A DNA stretch of 64,000 nucleotides from an uncultured Bdellovibrionales bacterium (lineage in GTDB: Bacteria > Patescibacteriota > Minisyncoccia > Moranbacterales > UBA9337), in contig CAZSCV010000001.1 in NCBI GenBank assembly GCA_964605525.1, positions 18,424-82,423 of the forward strand, written 5' to 3'. Shown in pieces: positions 1 to 9,825 of the stretch. The notes below the pieces were generated by a model, which had not been told where the DNA came from, made no database searches, and saw only the letters and a list, made by a program, of their open reading frames with translations. The position numbers and the translations under genes are program-made. Every line of letters starts with the position of its first letter. Position 1 is the stretch's first letter.

Positions 1-884
1 GTAAAAAATAATCCGGGCATTGAATTTAGTTCAACTATCCAAGGTTTACTCTTTTCATCAAACATTAAGTCAATAGAAAAAATTCTAGGAGAAAATGTTT
101 CAAAGACCTCTTTAACATAACGAATTATCGGCTTCAATGACGCTGGAAGTTTTTCTTTCGGCACAATAGTCAATGACCCACCTTGAGAAAGATTAGCGAG
201 ATAGCTATCTTCCGCTGGTTCTCGCAAATAAGAATATATCAGTTTTTCATTCACAAAAATCAAACGCAAATCATGCATAGAAAAGCTGGTTTTTATTCCC
301 GGAACTCCGGATGAAGAATTGATAAAATCCTGAATAATATACTCCCTGTCAATTTTTATTTTATCAACATTTTTTTTATCTACAATATAAATATTTTTTC
401 CACCACTTTCTGAAATCGGTTTAAGTACAAATTTTTGCGATTTTATTTTTGGAAGAATTTTTTCTAATTTTTTATGATTATTAACAATCCAGCTTTTCTT
501 GCTCCATTTGTCAAAAATCATGCTGGTTATCAGCTTATCATCCAATATCCTAGTAAAATTAAGATTATTAACAATTGAATAATGTTCCAAAATTAATTCT
601 TTTTTATGATAAGCTTCAGTTTCTGCGCCAGTTTTATCATAAATTAAGTCGGGTTTTATATTTTTCATTAATTTCCAAACATTTTTATCCGCATTATATG
701 TCCAAGCATATTTAAAAAAATTTTTCTTAAAATCATACCAAACATAAGAAGCTCGATACATTTGAATATTTTCTTTTGCACAAAGACTATAAAAATATTC
801 ATAACAACACTGATGATCCTTATTTGCAAATGGTCTTTTTTTGTTTAATGGAGTTTTCCCAAAAAGAATTAGGACTTTATTCAT
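1..884 (-). CDS. RimK-like ATP-grasp ligase (partial, runs off window start)
   Basis: Not in ORF track; hand-translated from ATG at 884: MNKVLILFGK...FVLKPISESGGKNI...YIIQDFI...HDLRLIFVN...LANLSQGG...FSIDLMFDEKSKPWIVELNSMPG, the ATP-grasp motif set. Confidence 0.85.
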   Translation of the reverse strand, partial: MNKVLILFGKTPLNKKRPFANKDHQCCYEYFYSLCAKENIQMYRASYVWYDFKKNFFKYAWTYNADKNVWKLMKNIKPDLIYDKTGAETEAYHKKELILEHYSIVNNLNFTRILDDKLITSMIFDKWSKKSWIVNNHKKLEKILPKIKSQKFVLKPISESGGKNIYIVDKKNVDKIKIDREYIIQDFINSSSGVPGIKTSFSMHDLRLIFVNEKLIYSYLREPAEDSYLANLSQGGSLTIVPKEKLPASLKPIIRYVKEVFETFSPRIFSIDLMFDEKSKPWIVELNSMPGLFF

Positions 885-896
885 ACAATCTCAATT

Positions 897-2303
897 TTAT
901 TTATTGACATCAATTAAAAATTTCTTCAAATCTCTCTTTCCTACAATCATTCTAAATTTTAAATCATCCCTTTTGACAATATTTGCACTAGAATAAATCC
1001 ATAGCCCGTTCATAAAAAAAGATAATTTTACATTCGGCCTAATGGAAACTCCATGAGAAGAATACACAATATTGATATTATCCAAGTCTGGCTTTTGAGA
1101 CAGATATTTTTCTCGCAATTCTTTTTCTATTTTTACAGATTCTTCTCTGGTAAAGTTTTGTGGCAATTCTATTTTTTCGAAAAAATCTACGACATCATTA
1201 AATCCCAACTCTCTTGCCAGCTCAACGTCAATTGAAGTGGAATAAGCGCCCGTGTCGATTTTGGCTTCAACTTCAATTTCTTTGCCATTTTTTCCAATGA
1301 GTTTTACTTTTTCCACGGTGCCGATCACTCTTCGCCCGGAAATTTCTTCCAATTCCTCTTCAATCTCCCCTCCAAACAAATCCATTCCCACACGCACCCC
1401 ACGCTTGATCGTTTTTATTTTGAGCCCTTCCACTCTTTCCAGTCTTCCGCGCAATCCCGCCAAATTCGCAATTTGAATGGAAAGTCCGGCGCGCGCATTG
1501 ATTTCCACAAAAACTGGTCCTTTTTCCTTATCAATCGCCACATCCGCTCCCAAAAATCCAAGTCCGGAAATTTCTTGCGCTTTCACTGCTAATTCCAAAA
1601 TATCATTCCAATAGGGAATTCTGATTCCGGAGAGTAAAAGTCTAGTTCCTGGAACATATTCCACGATTTTTGATTTTCCCTGAACCGCGCTAGTTGTCAC
1701 TCCGGTTGCCAGATCAATTCCCAGTCCGATTCCTCCCTGCTGAAGATTGGCTTTACCTCCTGATTCTTTTGTAGGAAGTCGGAGCATTGCCATTACCGGA
1801 ACTTTATTGAAAACAATTACACGAATATCGGGGATACCCTTGTAAGCGTATGTTTTGAATAATTTCAATAATCTTAATCTCTCCTCGAAAAAAGCAATAT
1901 CGCCCTCCCCTGAAATAGAAAAATTTCCATCCAAAATATTTCGAATATGGTTCTTGATATCTTCGACGGTAATAATTGATCCGTCCGCTTTTACCCAAGC
2001 GTCATTTCGTCCTTTTTTTCTTCCATAAACCACCAAAATTCCTTCTCCTCCCAAGCCTCGATTGGGTTTGAGGGCAAAACCGGATGGCAATTTATCCCAA
2101 TCAAAATTATCCAATTCATTATGCGAAGAAATTTTCGCCAACAAATCAGGCACAGGTATTCCGCCTTTTTTCAAGACTTTCTTGCTTAAAATTTTATCAT
2201 CCGCCAAACGGACAGCCCTCTTTCGATTATTAGGACGAATATATTTAAGATTTCTGGAATTCATCCCTAAAATCTTGTGACTATTTTTGAAAAATTTAAA
2301 CAT
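897..2303 (-). CDS. Alpha-L-glutamate-ligase-like (sugar-transfer-associated) ATP-grasp fused to a C-terminal retropepsin-like aspartyl protease (RimB-like)
   Basis: ILGMNSRN, LADDK, KPNRGLGGEGI, DIRVIV, KANLQQGGIGLGID, EINARAGLSIQIAN; C-terminal AKIDTGAYSTSID (DTG motif). Start placed at MFKFF (2303); ORF track extends to 2339. Confidence 0.85.
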   Translation of the reverse strand: MFKFFKNSHKILGMNSRNLKYIRPNNRKRAVRLADDKILSKKVLKKGGIPVPDLLAKISSHNELDNFDWDKLPSGFALKPNRGLGGEGILVVYGRKKGRNDAWVKADGSIITVEDIKNHIRNILDGNFSISGEGDIAFFEERLRLLKLFKTYAYKGIPDIRVIVFNKVPVMAMLRLPTKESGGKANLQQGGIGLGIDLATGVTTSAVQGKSKIVEYVPGTRLLLSGIRIPYWNDILELAVKAQEISGLGFLGADVAIDKEKGPVFVEINARAGLSIQIANLAGLRGRLERVEGLKIKTIKRGVRVGMDLFGGEIEEELEEISGRRVIGTVEKVKLIGKNGKEIEVEAKIDTGAYSTSIDVELARELGFNDVVDFFEKIELPQNFTREESVKIEKELREKYLSQKPDLDNINIVYSSHGVSIRPNVKLSFFMNGLWIYSSANIVKRDDLKFRMIVGKRDLKKFLIDVNK

Positions 2304-2380
2304 GCTGTATGGTACATGAAACATGGAGCATTTTAACAATTTATGTCATATGTTCTATGTTATGCGCTATATGATCAAAT

Positions 2381-3049
2381 TTACATTTCTTTGAAAATTT
2401 CTCGAAATCGATAATATTCATTAAATCGCAATCCGGTCCATTTACCAAGGAAAAAGTTAATTGGAATCGTCAAAAGAACCACCCACGGATGATAAATAAT
2501 CATATTAATGGTTGTATGCAAACCGACCAAATAAAAACAAACTAGAGAAATTATCAGGGTTTCCACTGCCAAAAGCATAGCCGTTCGATTTCCTTTTTCA
2601 ATTTGCGCCGCCACAAATTTTTCCACAATCGCAATCATAATCAAAAGTGGAAAAATGGAAACGGAAGCTAGCCCCGTTCTTTGCAATGACCCTCCAAAGA
2701 CCAAAATTGCCAAAATTGAAAATGAAACAAGCGTAAGGGTTATCGCTACGCGAGGAAGATACAACAAGCGCAATTTCTTAAGCAAATAGCGCGCGATCAT
2801 TCCGGCAAAAATAACACTTACAAAAATTATCGTTCCGTATTTAACTCCGGAAAATCCATTATTATTATTGATTCTCATCGCCAAAAAAGCCAATGTAATA
2901 ATCATTGGAGTGTAAATTCCAAAAGCCTTTATTCCAAAAACCTGGCGAAAAAAAGCAATCAGAGTGGCGATTATTGGAAAAGTAAGAATCAAAATGACTG
3001 TTTCCAGTGGAACTCCCTGATGAACGAAGTAGTTTATTATCGGGTGCAT
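2381..3049 (-). CDS. 7TM_transglut-type membrane protein (stand-alone 7TM domain)
   Basis: RQVFGIKAFGIYTP, LLYLPRVA, SIFPLLI, LGKWTGLRFNEYYRF motifs; adjacent to the ATP-grasp gene as in known systems. Confidence 0.85.
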   Translation of the reverse strand: MHPIINYFVHQGVPLETVILILTFPIIATLIAFFRQVFGIKAFGIYTPMIITLAFLAMRINNNNGFSGVKYGTIIFVSVIFAGMIARYLLKKLRLLYLPRVAITLTLVSFSILAILVFGGSLQRTGLASVSIFPLLIMIAIVEKFVAAQIEKGNRTAMLLAVETLIISLVCFYLVGLHTTINMIIYHPWVVLLTIPINFFLGKWTGLRFNEYYRFREIFKEM

Positions 3050-3066
3050 ATTTCTTTAATTTTTAA

Positions 3067-3549
3067 TTATAAATTATTCATTTTTCGGCTGTTCAAATGG
3101 CAAAGCGCAATAGCAATCGCATCGGCAGTATCGTCAGGCTTGGGGATCTCTTTGAGTTTCAAGATGTTTTTTACCATAATTTGAACTTGTTTTTTTTCCG
3201 CCCGACCGTATCCAGTGAGCGCCTGTTTCACTTGAAGAGGAGTATACTCAAAAACTTTTACACCCATTCTTTCCAGCGCCAGCAATATTCCTCCCCGCGA
3301 TTGACTGACCTTTATCACAGTTTTCACATTCTTGAAAAAAAACAAATCTTCTACTGCTCCCTCACTTGGTGTGTATTTTTTAATAATCTCCTCGATATCA
3401 TCCGACACTTCCTTGAGCCTCTCTGCAGTACTCCGACTTGGAGAAGTGGAAATGTGTCCATAAGCAATTGGAATCACTTTTCCTTTTTCTTCCTCCAATA
3501 TCGCCCATCCGGTGGTAGCTGTTCCAGGATCTACTCCTAAAACTCGCAA
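3067..3549 (-). CDS. ruvC: Holliday junction resolvase RuvC
   Basis: RVLGVDPGTATTGW, EYTPLQVKQALTGYGRAEKKQVQ, PDDTADAIAIALCH; probable TTG start at 3549 (ATG at 3585 is the alternative). Confidence 0.95.
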   Translation of the reverse strand: MRVLGVDPGTATTGWAILEEEKGKVIPIAYGHISTSPSRSTAERLKEVSDDIEEIIKKYTPSEGAVEDLFFFKNVKTVIKVSQSRGGILLALERMGVKVFEYTPLQVKQALTGYGRAEKKQVQIMVKNILKLKEIPKPDDTADAIAIALCHLNSRKMNNL

Positions 3550-3571
3550 GGTTTTGGAAAAATTTTTAATT

Positions 3572-4288
3572 TTATAAATTGTCATAAACCTCTTGAACAT
3601 CATCATTATCATCCAACTGTTCTAGTATTTTTTCATAATCCATTCTTGCATTTTCATCCAATTCAACTTTTTGCAAAGCGGCATAAACCAATTCGGCATT
3701 TTCCACAGAAATTCCGGATTTTTCCAGATTCTCTTTAACCGTTTTCAACTCGGTAGCTTTAGTATAAATTGTCAGTGTTTCGTCCCAATAAATCGTATCT
3801 TCCGCTCCAGCCTCAATCGCCACCAGTTCCATCTCATCCAAATTGCCGGAATTAACTGAAATATTAATATTTCCTACTAATTTAAAAGAATGCATCACTC
3901 CACCGGCGCTAGCCATCTTTCCTCCGCCCTTTATGATAATATTTTTTATCTCTCCTAATGTTCGATTTTTATTATCTGTTGCGGTTTTGATCAACATCAT
4001 CACACCACTTGAACCAAAGGCTTCGTAAATTATTTCTTCAATTTCCGCCCCGTCCTTAAGTTCTCCGGTTCCTTTTTTGATTGCCCGCTCAATATTGTCC
4101 TTTGGCATATTCACTCTTCGTGCCTGATCAATTGCAAATTTGAGCTTCATATTGGATTCGGGGTTTCCTCCGCTTTCTTTGGCGGCAATAGAGATCAAGC
4201 GACCCAACTTCGTAAAAGAACTGGCTCGCTTTGCATCTTGCGCTCCCTTGCGATGTTTTATTCCCGACCATTTATTATGTCCAGACAT
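3572..4288 (-). CDS. yebC: YebC/PmpR family protein
   Basis: MSGHNKWSGIKHRKG...MPKDNIERAIKKG...TDNKNRT...DDNDDVQEVYDN; classic yebC-ruvC synteny. Confidence 0.95.
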   Translation of the reverse strand: MSGHNKWSGIKHRKGAQDAKRASSFTKLGRLISIAAKESGGNPESNMKLKFAIDQARRVNMPKDNIERAIKKGTGELKDGAEIEEIIYEAFGSSGVMMLIKTATDNKNRTLGEIKNIIIKGGGKMASAGGVMHSFKLVGNINISVNSGNLDEMELVAIEAGAEDTIYWDETLTIYTKATELKTVKENLEKSGISVENAELVYAALQKVELDENARMDYEKILEQLDDNDDVQEVYDNL

Positions 4289-4385
4289 AGACTTTATAAA
4301 GCATAAACTACATAGCATCAACAAAATGTCTTCTGCTCTGCGTTTGAGCTGTATGTTTTACGTTTTCATCCTACCATCTTTATCT

Positions 4386-5135
4386 TTATTTTTCAAGGCT
4401 TTTTCCCTTTTCCCACGCCAATTCGAAAAGCGGTCTCATCGAGCGCACCAGCTCATCAGATTCGATGACCACGATAAAAGGATTTTCTTCCAATGAAGTA
4501 ATTGCCAGTTTGTTGTCATAAATCGTAAAATCCATATGCGAATCTTTGAGCTCCGGAAGAATTTTAACTCTTTGGTTAACCTGAATAAATTTTTTCGCCA
4601 ATTCAATCTCATACGGACTATCCGAAATCAAATGACGGAAACCTGATTCGATGATTCCTTTTTGAGCTTTTTTTATCCATTCGGCAATTTTTCCCGAAAA
4701 TCGGTCCTCAATCCTTTGATAAGAAGAAATGAAAAAAGCGTCTTTCGCATTATTCATTTCTCCGTCCCAAATGCGAAGTATCCCTTCTTCGGTATCATAA
4801 TACCTGATTTTCGGTTTCTTACCGCTTTTATTTCCCAATGTCCGCAAAATCGGCAACATTTCGGAAAAATTCCGAGTGATTCCCTTTAACTGCACCAAAA
4901 TAACCGAGGGATCAGTGGCTTGATAAGTATTGATTTTTCGCTCCGGAAGTTCGCTCACATATCCCCGCTTGATCAATCCCTCCAAAAGCACATAAATTAT
5001 CGGGCGTTTCAGTCCGGAAATTTTGGCAATCTCCGTCACATTTCCCCGCCCCAATTCAAGCAAAGCCAAATACACCCGCGCCTCCTTGCCGGTAAATCCC
5101 GATTCTTCAAGTAATTTTATTAAATCTAAGTCCAT
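4386..5135 (-). CDS. TrmB-family HTH transcriptional regulator (paralog 1)
   Basis: GFTGKEARVYLALLELG...IAKISGLKRPIIY HTH; PKIRYY; C-terminal IYDNKLAI...VIES...LFELAW. Confidence 0.85.
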   Translation of the reverse strand: MDLDLIKLLEESGFTGKEARVYLALLELGRGNVTEIAKISGLKRPIIYVLLEGLIKRGYVSELPERKINTYQATDPSVILVQLKGITRNFSEMLPILRTLGNKSGKKPKIRYYDTEEGILRIWDGEMNNAKDAFFISSYQRIEDRFSGKIAEWIKKAQKGIIESGFRHLISDSPYEIELAKKFIQVNQRVKILPELKDSHMDFTIYDNKLAITSLEENPFIVVIESDELVRSMRPLFELAWEKGKSLEK

Positions 5136-5146
5136 ACTCTTTATTT

Positions 5147-5173
5147 GTCATTTCCGCGAAGGCGGGAATATAG
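5147..5173 (-). repeat. dRS3/REP-like palindromic element in the TrmB 5' UTR
   Basis: Minus strand reads CTATATTCCCGCCTTCGCGGAAATGAC; 22/27 identical to the copy at 60173-60199. Confidence 0.7.
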
Positions 5174-5377
5174 TCAACATATCCACTCAATAGTTTAACA
5201 ATTATTTCTATTTTTGTCAATATTTTTGATAAATAATCATTTAAAATCCATAATTTCAGCCAATTTGTTGGATTTATTTATATTTTACGATTGACATTTT
5301 ATCATAAAAATACTATTATCATCTATTCTAGCAATGGAAAGCTGTTTAAAAATTCAATAAATAAAAGGAGAAAATCA

Positions 5378-5833
5378 ATGAAAGCTATCGCACGCTGGCT
5401 AAAAGAGTTTTTTATGGAATATATCTTGCTATTTATTTTGATGATACTGACCATATTTCTTTTCGTTGGGATCTTGTTTCATTTTAATCCGGCACTTCCA
5501 AAAGAAGAAATAATCAAAAAACAACTTACCTGCTATCAAGGAAGGGGTTACTTTTTGGAAAAATTTCTAGATAACGAGATTTTTATTATTCGCACGAAAC
5601 CAATGCCAATTCCAGAACTGGGACTTGATTTTTCTTTGGCAGAAAGAACAAGCGATGGAATGTTGTTTAATGTTTTAATTCCTGTCGGGAGAAATTTGGA
5701 GCCAAAAGATGAGGTACTTTTATTTCAATTCCAAAGCAAAAAAACCGTCTATAGCCAATTTAATGAATTTTTAATCGCAATACCTAAAAAGAATAACGAG
5801 GTGAAAAATCATGATCTGCCGAAATTGCAATAA
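5378..5833 (+). CDS. Hypothetical membrane-anchored protein (cargo of TrmB paralog 1)
   Basis: AAGGAG SD before ATG 5378; one N-terminal hydrophobic helix. Confidence 0.7.
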   Translation: MKAIARWLKEFFMEYILLFILMILTIFLFVGILFHFNPALPKEEIIKKQLTCYQGRGYFLEKFLDNEIFIIRTKPMPIPELGLDFSLAERTSDGMLFNVLIPVGRNLEPKDEVLLFQFQSKKTVYSQFNEFLIAIPKKNNEVKNHDLPKLQ

Positions 5834-6314
5834 TCCGATTGATAATGACAGCCTGTTCTGCAAACATTGCGGAGCTATGCAAAAAGAAAAATGCCCGGAA
5901 TGCGGGGAAATGGAACTCATCGGCCACCCGGTATGTGAAACCCTTCTCAAAAAAATACGAAGAGAAAAATGGAAATTTATTTCTGACCATACCGAAAAAT
6001 TTCCTAGTTCTGATTCTGGATTGGCTACATTTTTAGCATTTCTAATTGCAGTCCAGGTAGTAATTGCAATTATTGCCGGAATAATTTTGATTCTTTACTT
6101 TTTGGGGTGGGTAAAGGATTTCATCTTTCCGTACGCATTGTGGGCCACGATATTTTTCGGAATAGAAAGTTGGTTATCCTATAAAGCAGCCATGCGATAC
6201 CTAGAGGGTAATGAAAAAAAGATGACTGAGGATAGAATAAAAACAGAGGATAAATTCCTCGCCGAAAACCCCGAATACGCCGAGATTCTTAAAAAGGCAG
6301 AGGAGAAAAAATAA
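5811..6314 (+). CDS. Double zinc-ribbon membrane protein
   Basis: CRNC-x9-CKHC...CPEC at N-terminus, two TM helices; GAGGTG SD. Confidence 0.75.
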   Translation: MICRNCNNPIDNDSLFCKHCGAMQKEKCPECGEMELIGHPVCETLLKKIRREKWKFISDHTEKFPSSDSGLATFLAFLIAVQVVIAIIAGIILILYFLGWVKDFIFPYALWATIFFGIESWLSYKAAMRYLEGNEKKMTEDRIKTEDKFLAENPEYAEILKKAEEKK

Positions 6315-6323
6315 AATCCTTGC

Positions 6324-6364
6324 AAAAACGGACAGTCGGAAAAAATCCGCTGTCCGTTTTTTTT
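6324..6364 (+). terminator. Intrinsic terminator
   Basis: AAAAACGGACAG...CTGTCCGTTTTTTTT hairpin with U-tract. Confidence 0.8.
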
Positions 6365-6429
6365 ATTTTTCAAAAAAGACACCTTTAAAGGTGTTTGAAA
6401 AAAATTAATTAAGTTTTAGTTAAAAAAAC

Positions 6430-6450
6430 TTGTCAAACATACGCATATGC
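6430..6450. repeat. 21-bp motif repeated on both sides of the PaaX-like gene (other copy 7291-7311)
   Basis: TTGTCAAACATACGCATATGC vs TTGCCAAATATACGCATATGC, 19/21 identical. Confidence 0.7.
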
Positions 6451-6531
6451 ACAATTTGACAAATTGAATTGATAAGCGATATCAATAAACACTATTCAAA
6501 AGTGATATTTAAGTAATATGGTTATCTTTTT

Positions 6532-7143
6532 TTATAATCCAAAGTGCTTTTTTAATTCTTTCTCGTGAAGCATTTTTTCTGCAATAAATATTTCCAGATA
6601 TTGGCTAACATTGAAAAACTCGGCGACAAAAAGCATTTCATCTTCACAATTATAAGGATAAATCCAAACACTTCTTTGAAATTGATATAATCCAAGTTCT
6701 TTTATTTTTCTCCTGAAAGCTTCGCGCGCGCTATTTTTATCAACAGGAATATCGAAGATAACAACCCGCCATTTTCCATCCCATTCTTTCGGTTTGGATA
6801 TTTTCAAAGATTTAAAATAAAATTCTTTTATCCTTTTATTTCCTTTATTTGTAAGTTTGACTTCAGTTTTTCCACTTTTTCTTTTTATTATTTTTACAAA
6901 CTTTCTCCTTTCAAGGCTGTATACGGCATTTATTATTTTCTTATCGGAATATTTTTCCGATCTTTTATATCCACGCGATACTTTTAATATTCCCGGAGCT
7001 ACTGCTCCAACAAAAACAATCCCGCCCAAGCCGATAATAGCCAGGACAACTTTAGCCGCCACAGCCGGAGCTTTTTTGGATTCAAGAAAACTTTCAATAG
7101 CTTCCTTAAAATCAAATGGTTCTTCTTTTTTTGATTTTGACAT
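6532..7143 (-). CDS. PaaX-like protein with Cas2-like ferredoxin domain (CPR type)
   Basis: wHTH-like LTNKG, then WDGKWRVVIFDIP...REAFRRKIKELG...FQRSVWIYPY; no CRISPR array nearby. Confidence 0.8.
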   Translation of the reverse strand: MSKSKKEEPFDFKEAIESFLESKKAPAVAAKVVLAIIGLGGIVFVGAVAPGILKVSRGYKRSEKYSDKKIINAVYSLERRKFVKIIKRKSGKTEVKLTNKGNKRIKEFYFKSLKISKPKEWDGKWRVVIFDIPVDKNSAREAFRRKIKELGLYQFQRSVWIYPYNCEDEMLFVAEFFNVSQYLEIFIAEKMLHEKELKKHFGL

Positions 7144-7399
7144 TTTTATTTTTATAAAATCGAATCAAATTATTGAAAATTACATTTTTTCCATACAGCA
7201 AAATTATTACTTGCAAATAATGATCATTTTTTTAAGTTAATATTAATGACATGGTTTCAACATAATCAATTATAATAATAAAATTTAAATTTGCCAAATA
7301 TACGCATATGCGATTGAAGGGCAATTTATTATTTTAGTAATAAAATGAGCAAAACAGCGGGAAAATAAAAAAATAAAAAAGCAAGGGAAAATAAATATT

Positions 7400-9394
7400 T
7401 TAAATGAATAATGAATTCAGAAAGGTGTTTATTTTTTGCAGCAAATGTTCAAGGAATTTTTTGGCGTAGTGTTCGGAAGGGATTGATTCGGAGGAAAAGA
7501 AATATTTTCCATTTTCTTGGCGAATGGAAAAATTTTGAATTTTGTCGATATTGAAATCTTCAATCGCATTTGAAAGTTTTCGGTACATCTCCGAACTAAT
7601 CTCAATTTCCACTGGTCTTTGGGTTATTTTTTCAACAAATAAACCGTCTTCATTTTCCTCTCCTGCTCCCTGCACCTCATTGTTCATTGCTCCCTGCTCG
7701 TTATTTCCCGCTTGCTGTTCATTATTCATTGTTAATTGCTCATTATTTTCCGATAATTGTTCCTTATTCATTGTTCCCTGTTCATTATCAACAATCCATT
7801 CCCATTTCTTTCCTTTTTCTTTTTGAAAAATGCTATTATCCTTAATTGATGCTTTTTCCTTATATTTTAAAGAATGGGCAATTTTTCCATCCGGATATCG
7901 CAATTCAACAAAGGCCTGCTTGTTTCCCAGGGAAAAATAACTGTCATCCCGCTTTATTTTTTTTACCTCTCCGGCTTTTATCCTGATAGAGTTGTATATC
8001 GGATGATTGACTAAGGTTTTTTCCGTCGCTCCCGTCGCCACACTCCAGCCTTTCAAATCAACAACTTTATCGGAATTATTTTTTACGCGAATCCACTCTC
8101 CCTCACTATCCAATCCTTCTGGATTGGGCATAATTTCCACAATTTTCACTTCCCGCCTGGGATATTTTTCCACTTCCACTTTGAAGTTTTTCATCACATC
8201 TTCACTTCCGTCGAAAACTTTCACGCTGGCAAGATAATTTCCTTCTTTTTCGTATTTGTGCCTGGTTTTTTCCAAATAACTTTTATGTCCATCCCCAAAA
8301 TCCCACGTTATTTTCAATTCATCTTTATCCTTATCTTTCGCCTCCACCTCAAAATCCGCGTAAATATTTTCATACACATCTTCATCAATTTTCAATTTTA
8401 TCTCCGGAAGATTGTTAAATTTATTTTCTTCTCCGGGGGTCAAAAATTTACTCTGCCGCCATTTTTTTCCATCAAAATTCCATGAAATGTTTTTCTTTGA
8501 TCCTAAATATTTCATCTTTGAAACTTCTTTTCCATTTGGATCGAAAAGATAAACAGATTCATCTCCGGAATTATTCAACGAAAATTTGAAAGATTTTTCA
8601 TCATCTTCTTTTTCTTTTTTATAAACAACAAAATAATCGCCAGCTTTTACGATTGAATCATTCGGGAAAACATATTTTCCCGTTTTTGACTCATCTTTTA
8701 ATATCCAACCAGAAAGATCCTCATTTTTCTTGGAAAAATTATACAATTCAATATATTCTGTTTTTCCTTTTTCCGGATTAGGAAAAATCTCGTTAATTTC
8801 AATCTCCGAAAAATATTTTTTTGGCTCAGATTTTTTCTCCCCCGGCGTTCCTCCAAGAGTCCAGCTTTTTTCCCATCTATTACCCTTTTCATCCCATTCA
8901 ATGCTATATCCTTTCTCACTATTTTCTGTGCTTTCATATAAAATTTCAGTCTCCCAATTTTTACAACCTTCAAAACTTATCTTTATCTCTCCATCTTTTT
9001 TTAGAGAAAAACTTGAATCTACGATTTTTCCCTCATATTTACATTTTTCCTTTCCTTTGCAAAAATTTTCTTCAAATTGTTTTTTATCACTAACTATAAC
9101 AACATATTCATTAGGATCTATTTCCAAATCATCATTGGATTTATGACAAACACCACTATTTTCAACTATTTTTAAATTTTTCTTTTCTACTATAATTTTC
9201 TTGTCAGAATTATTATAAATTTCTATCCATTCCCCTTTACTATCGCTTCCTTCCGGATCAAACATTATCTCCGTAATAATAATCCTGTCATCTTCGGCTT
9301 TTATTTCTTGCACGCATAAAAAACAAAAAGCGCTAAAAATAAAAATTAGCGCTCCTGTTTTTAAAAATACTTTTTTCTTTTTAGAAAAAATCAT
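7400..9394 (-). CDS. Secreted lamin-tail-domain (x3) plus PKD-domain protein
   Basis: Signal peptide; three I.ITEI/NEI..P...EWIELYN...DL.GW repeats; ITWDFGDG...HKY...G.Y PKD motif; NNEQ repeat tract. Confidence 0.85.
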   Translation of the reverse strand: MIFSKKKKVFLKTGALIFIFSAFCFLCVQEIKAEDDRIIITEIMFDPEGSDSKGEWIEIYNNSDKKIIVEKKNLKIVENSGVCHKSNDDLEIDPNEYVVIVSDKKQFEENFCKGKEKCKYEGKIVDSSFSLKKDGEIKISFEGCKNWETEILYESTENSEKGYSIEWDEKGNRWEKSWTLGGTPGEKKSEPKKYFSEIEINEIFPNPEKGKTEYIELYNFSKKNEDLSGWILKDESKTGKYVFPNDSIVKAGDYFVVYKKEKEDDEKSFKFSLNNSGDESVYLFDPNGKEVSKMKYLGSKKNISWNFDGKKWRQSKFLTPGEENKFNNLPEIKLKIDEDVYENIYADFEVEAKDKDKDELKITWDFGDGHKSYLEKTRHKYEKEGNYLASVKVFDGSEDVMKNFKVEVEKYPRREVKIVEIMPNPEGLDSEGEWIRVKNNSDKVVDLKGWSVATGATEKTLVNHPIYNSIRIKAGEVKKIKRDDSYFSLGNKQAFVELRYPDGKIAHSLKYKEKASIKDNSIFQKEKGKKWEWIVDNEQGTMNKEQLSENNEQLTMNNEQQAGNNEQGAMNNEVQGAGEENEDGLFVEKITQRPVEIEISSEMYRKLSNAIEDFNIDKIQNFSIRQENGKYFFSSESIPSEHYAKKFLEHLLQKINTFLNSLFI

Positions 9395-9409
9395 CTTTTA
9401 TGGCATACT

Positions 9410-9820
9410 TCAAACAATTTTTCTTTGCGGGGAAGATATTCCCAATTGCTCCTTAACGGCAAAAACTACCTGACTTGGCTTCGTGTTTGCCTTAATAAGA
9501 TATTTTTTTGCACCTAGCGACAATGCTGCATCTCTGTCTCCATTTTGATCGAGATTGGTCAAAACTATAATCGGAATCTTGCTATATTCGGCATTAGAAT
9601 GTATCTTTTCAAGCAAATCAAATCCATCCATTTTCGGCATAATGATATCCAGAGTTATCAAATCTATAAGATCAAAATTTTCTTTTATTTTTTTCAAAAC
9701 TTCCTTTCCATCAGAACAACGTATCACCTCAAATCCATTCGCAATGAAAGCTTTGGCATACATTTCCGAGAGATCACGATCATCTTCGGCAATTAAAATT
9801 GTATTTCTTTTACCTGCCAT
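9410..9820 (-). CDS. Stand-alone response-regulator receiver
   Basis: ILIAEDD, DLITLDIIMPKMDGF, IPIIVLTN, LGAKKYLIK. Confidence 0.9.
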   Translation of the reverse strand: MAGKRNTILIAEDDRDLSEMYAKAFIANGFEVIRCSDGKEVLKKIKENFDLIDLITLDIIMPKMDGFDLLEKIHSNAEYSKIPIIVLTNLDQNGDRDAALSLGAKKYLIKANTKPSQVVFAVKEQLGISSPQRKIV

Positions 9821-9825
9821 ATTTT

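Noticed and set aside
6532-7143. Genuine CRISPR Cas2
   Set aside because: PaaX-like architecture with N-terminal extension; no array or other cas genes.
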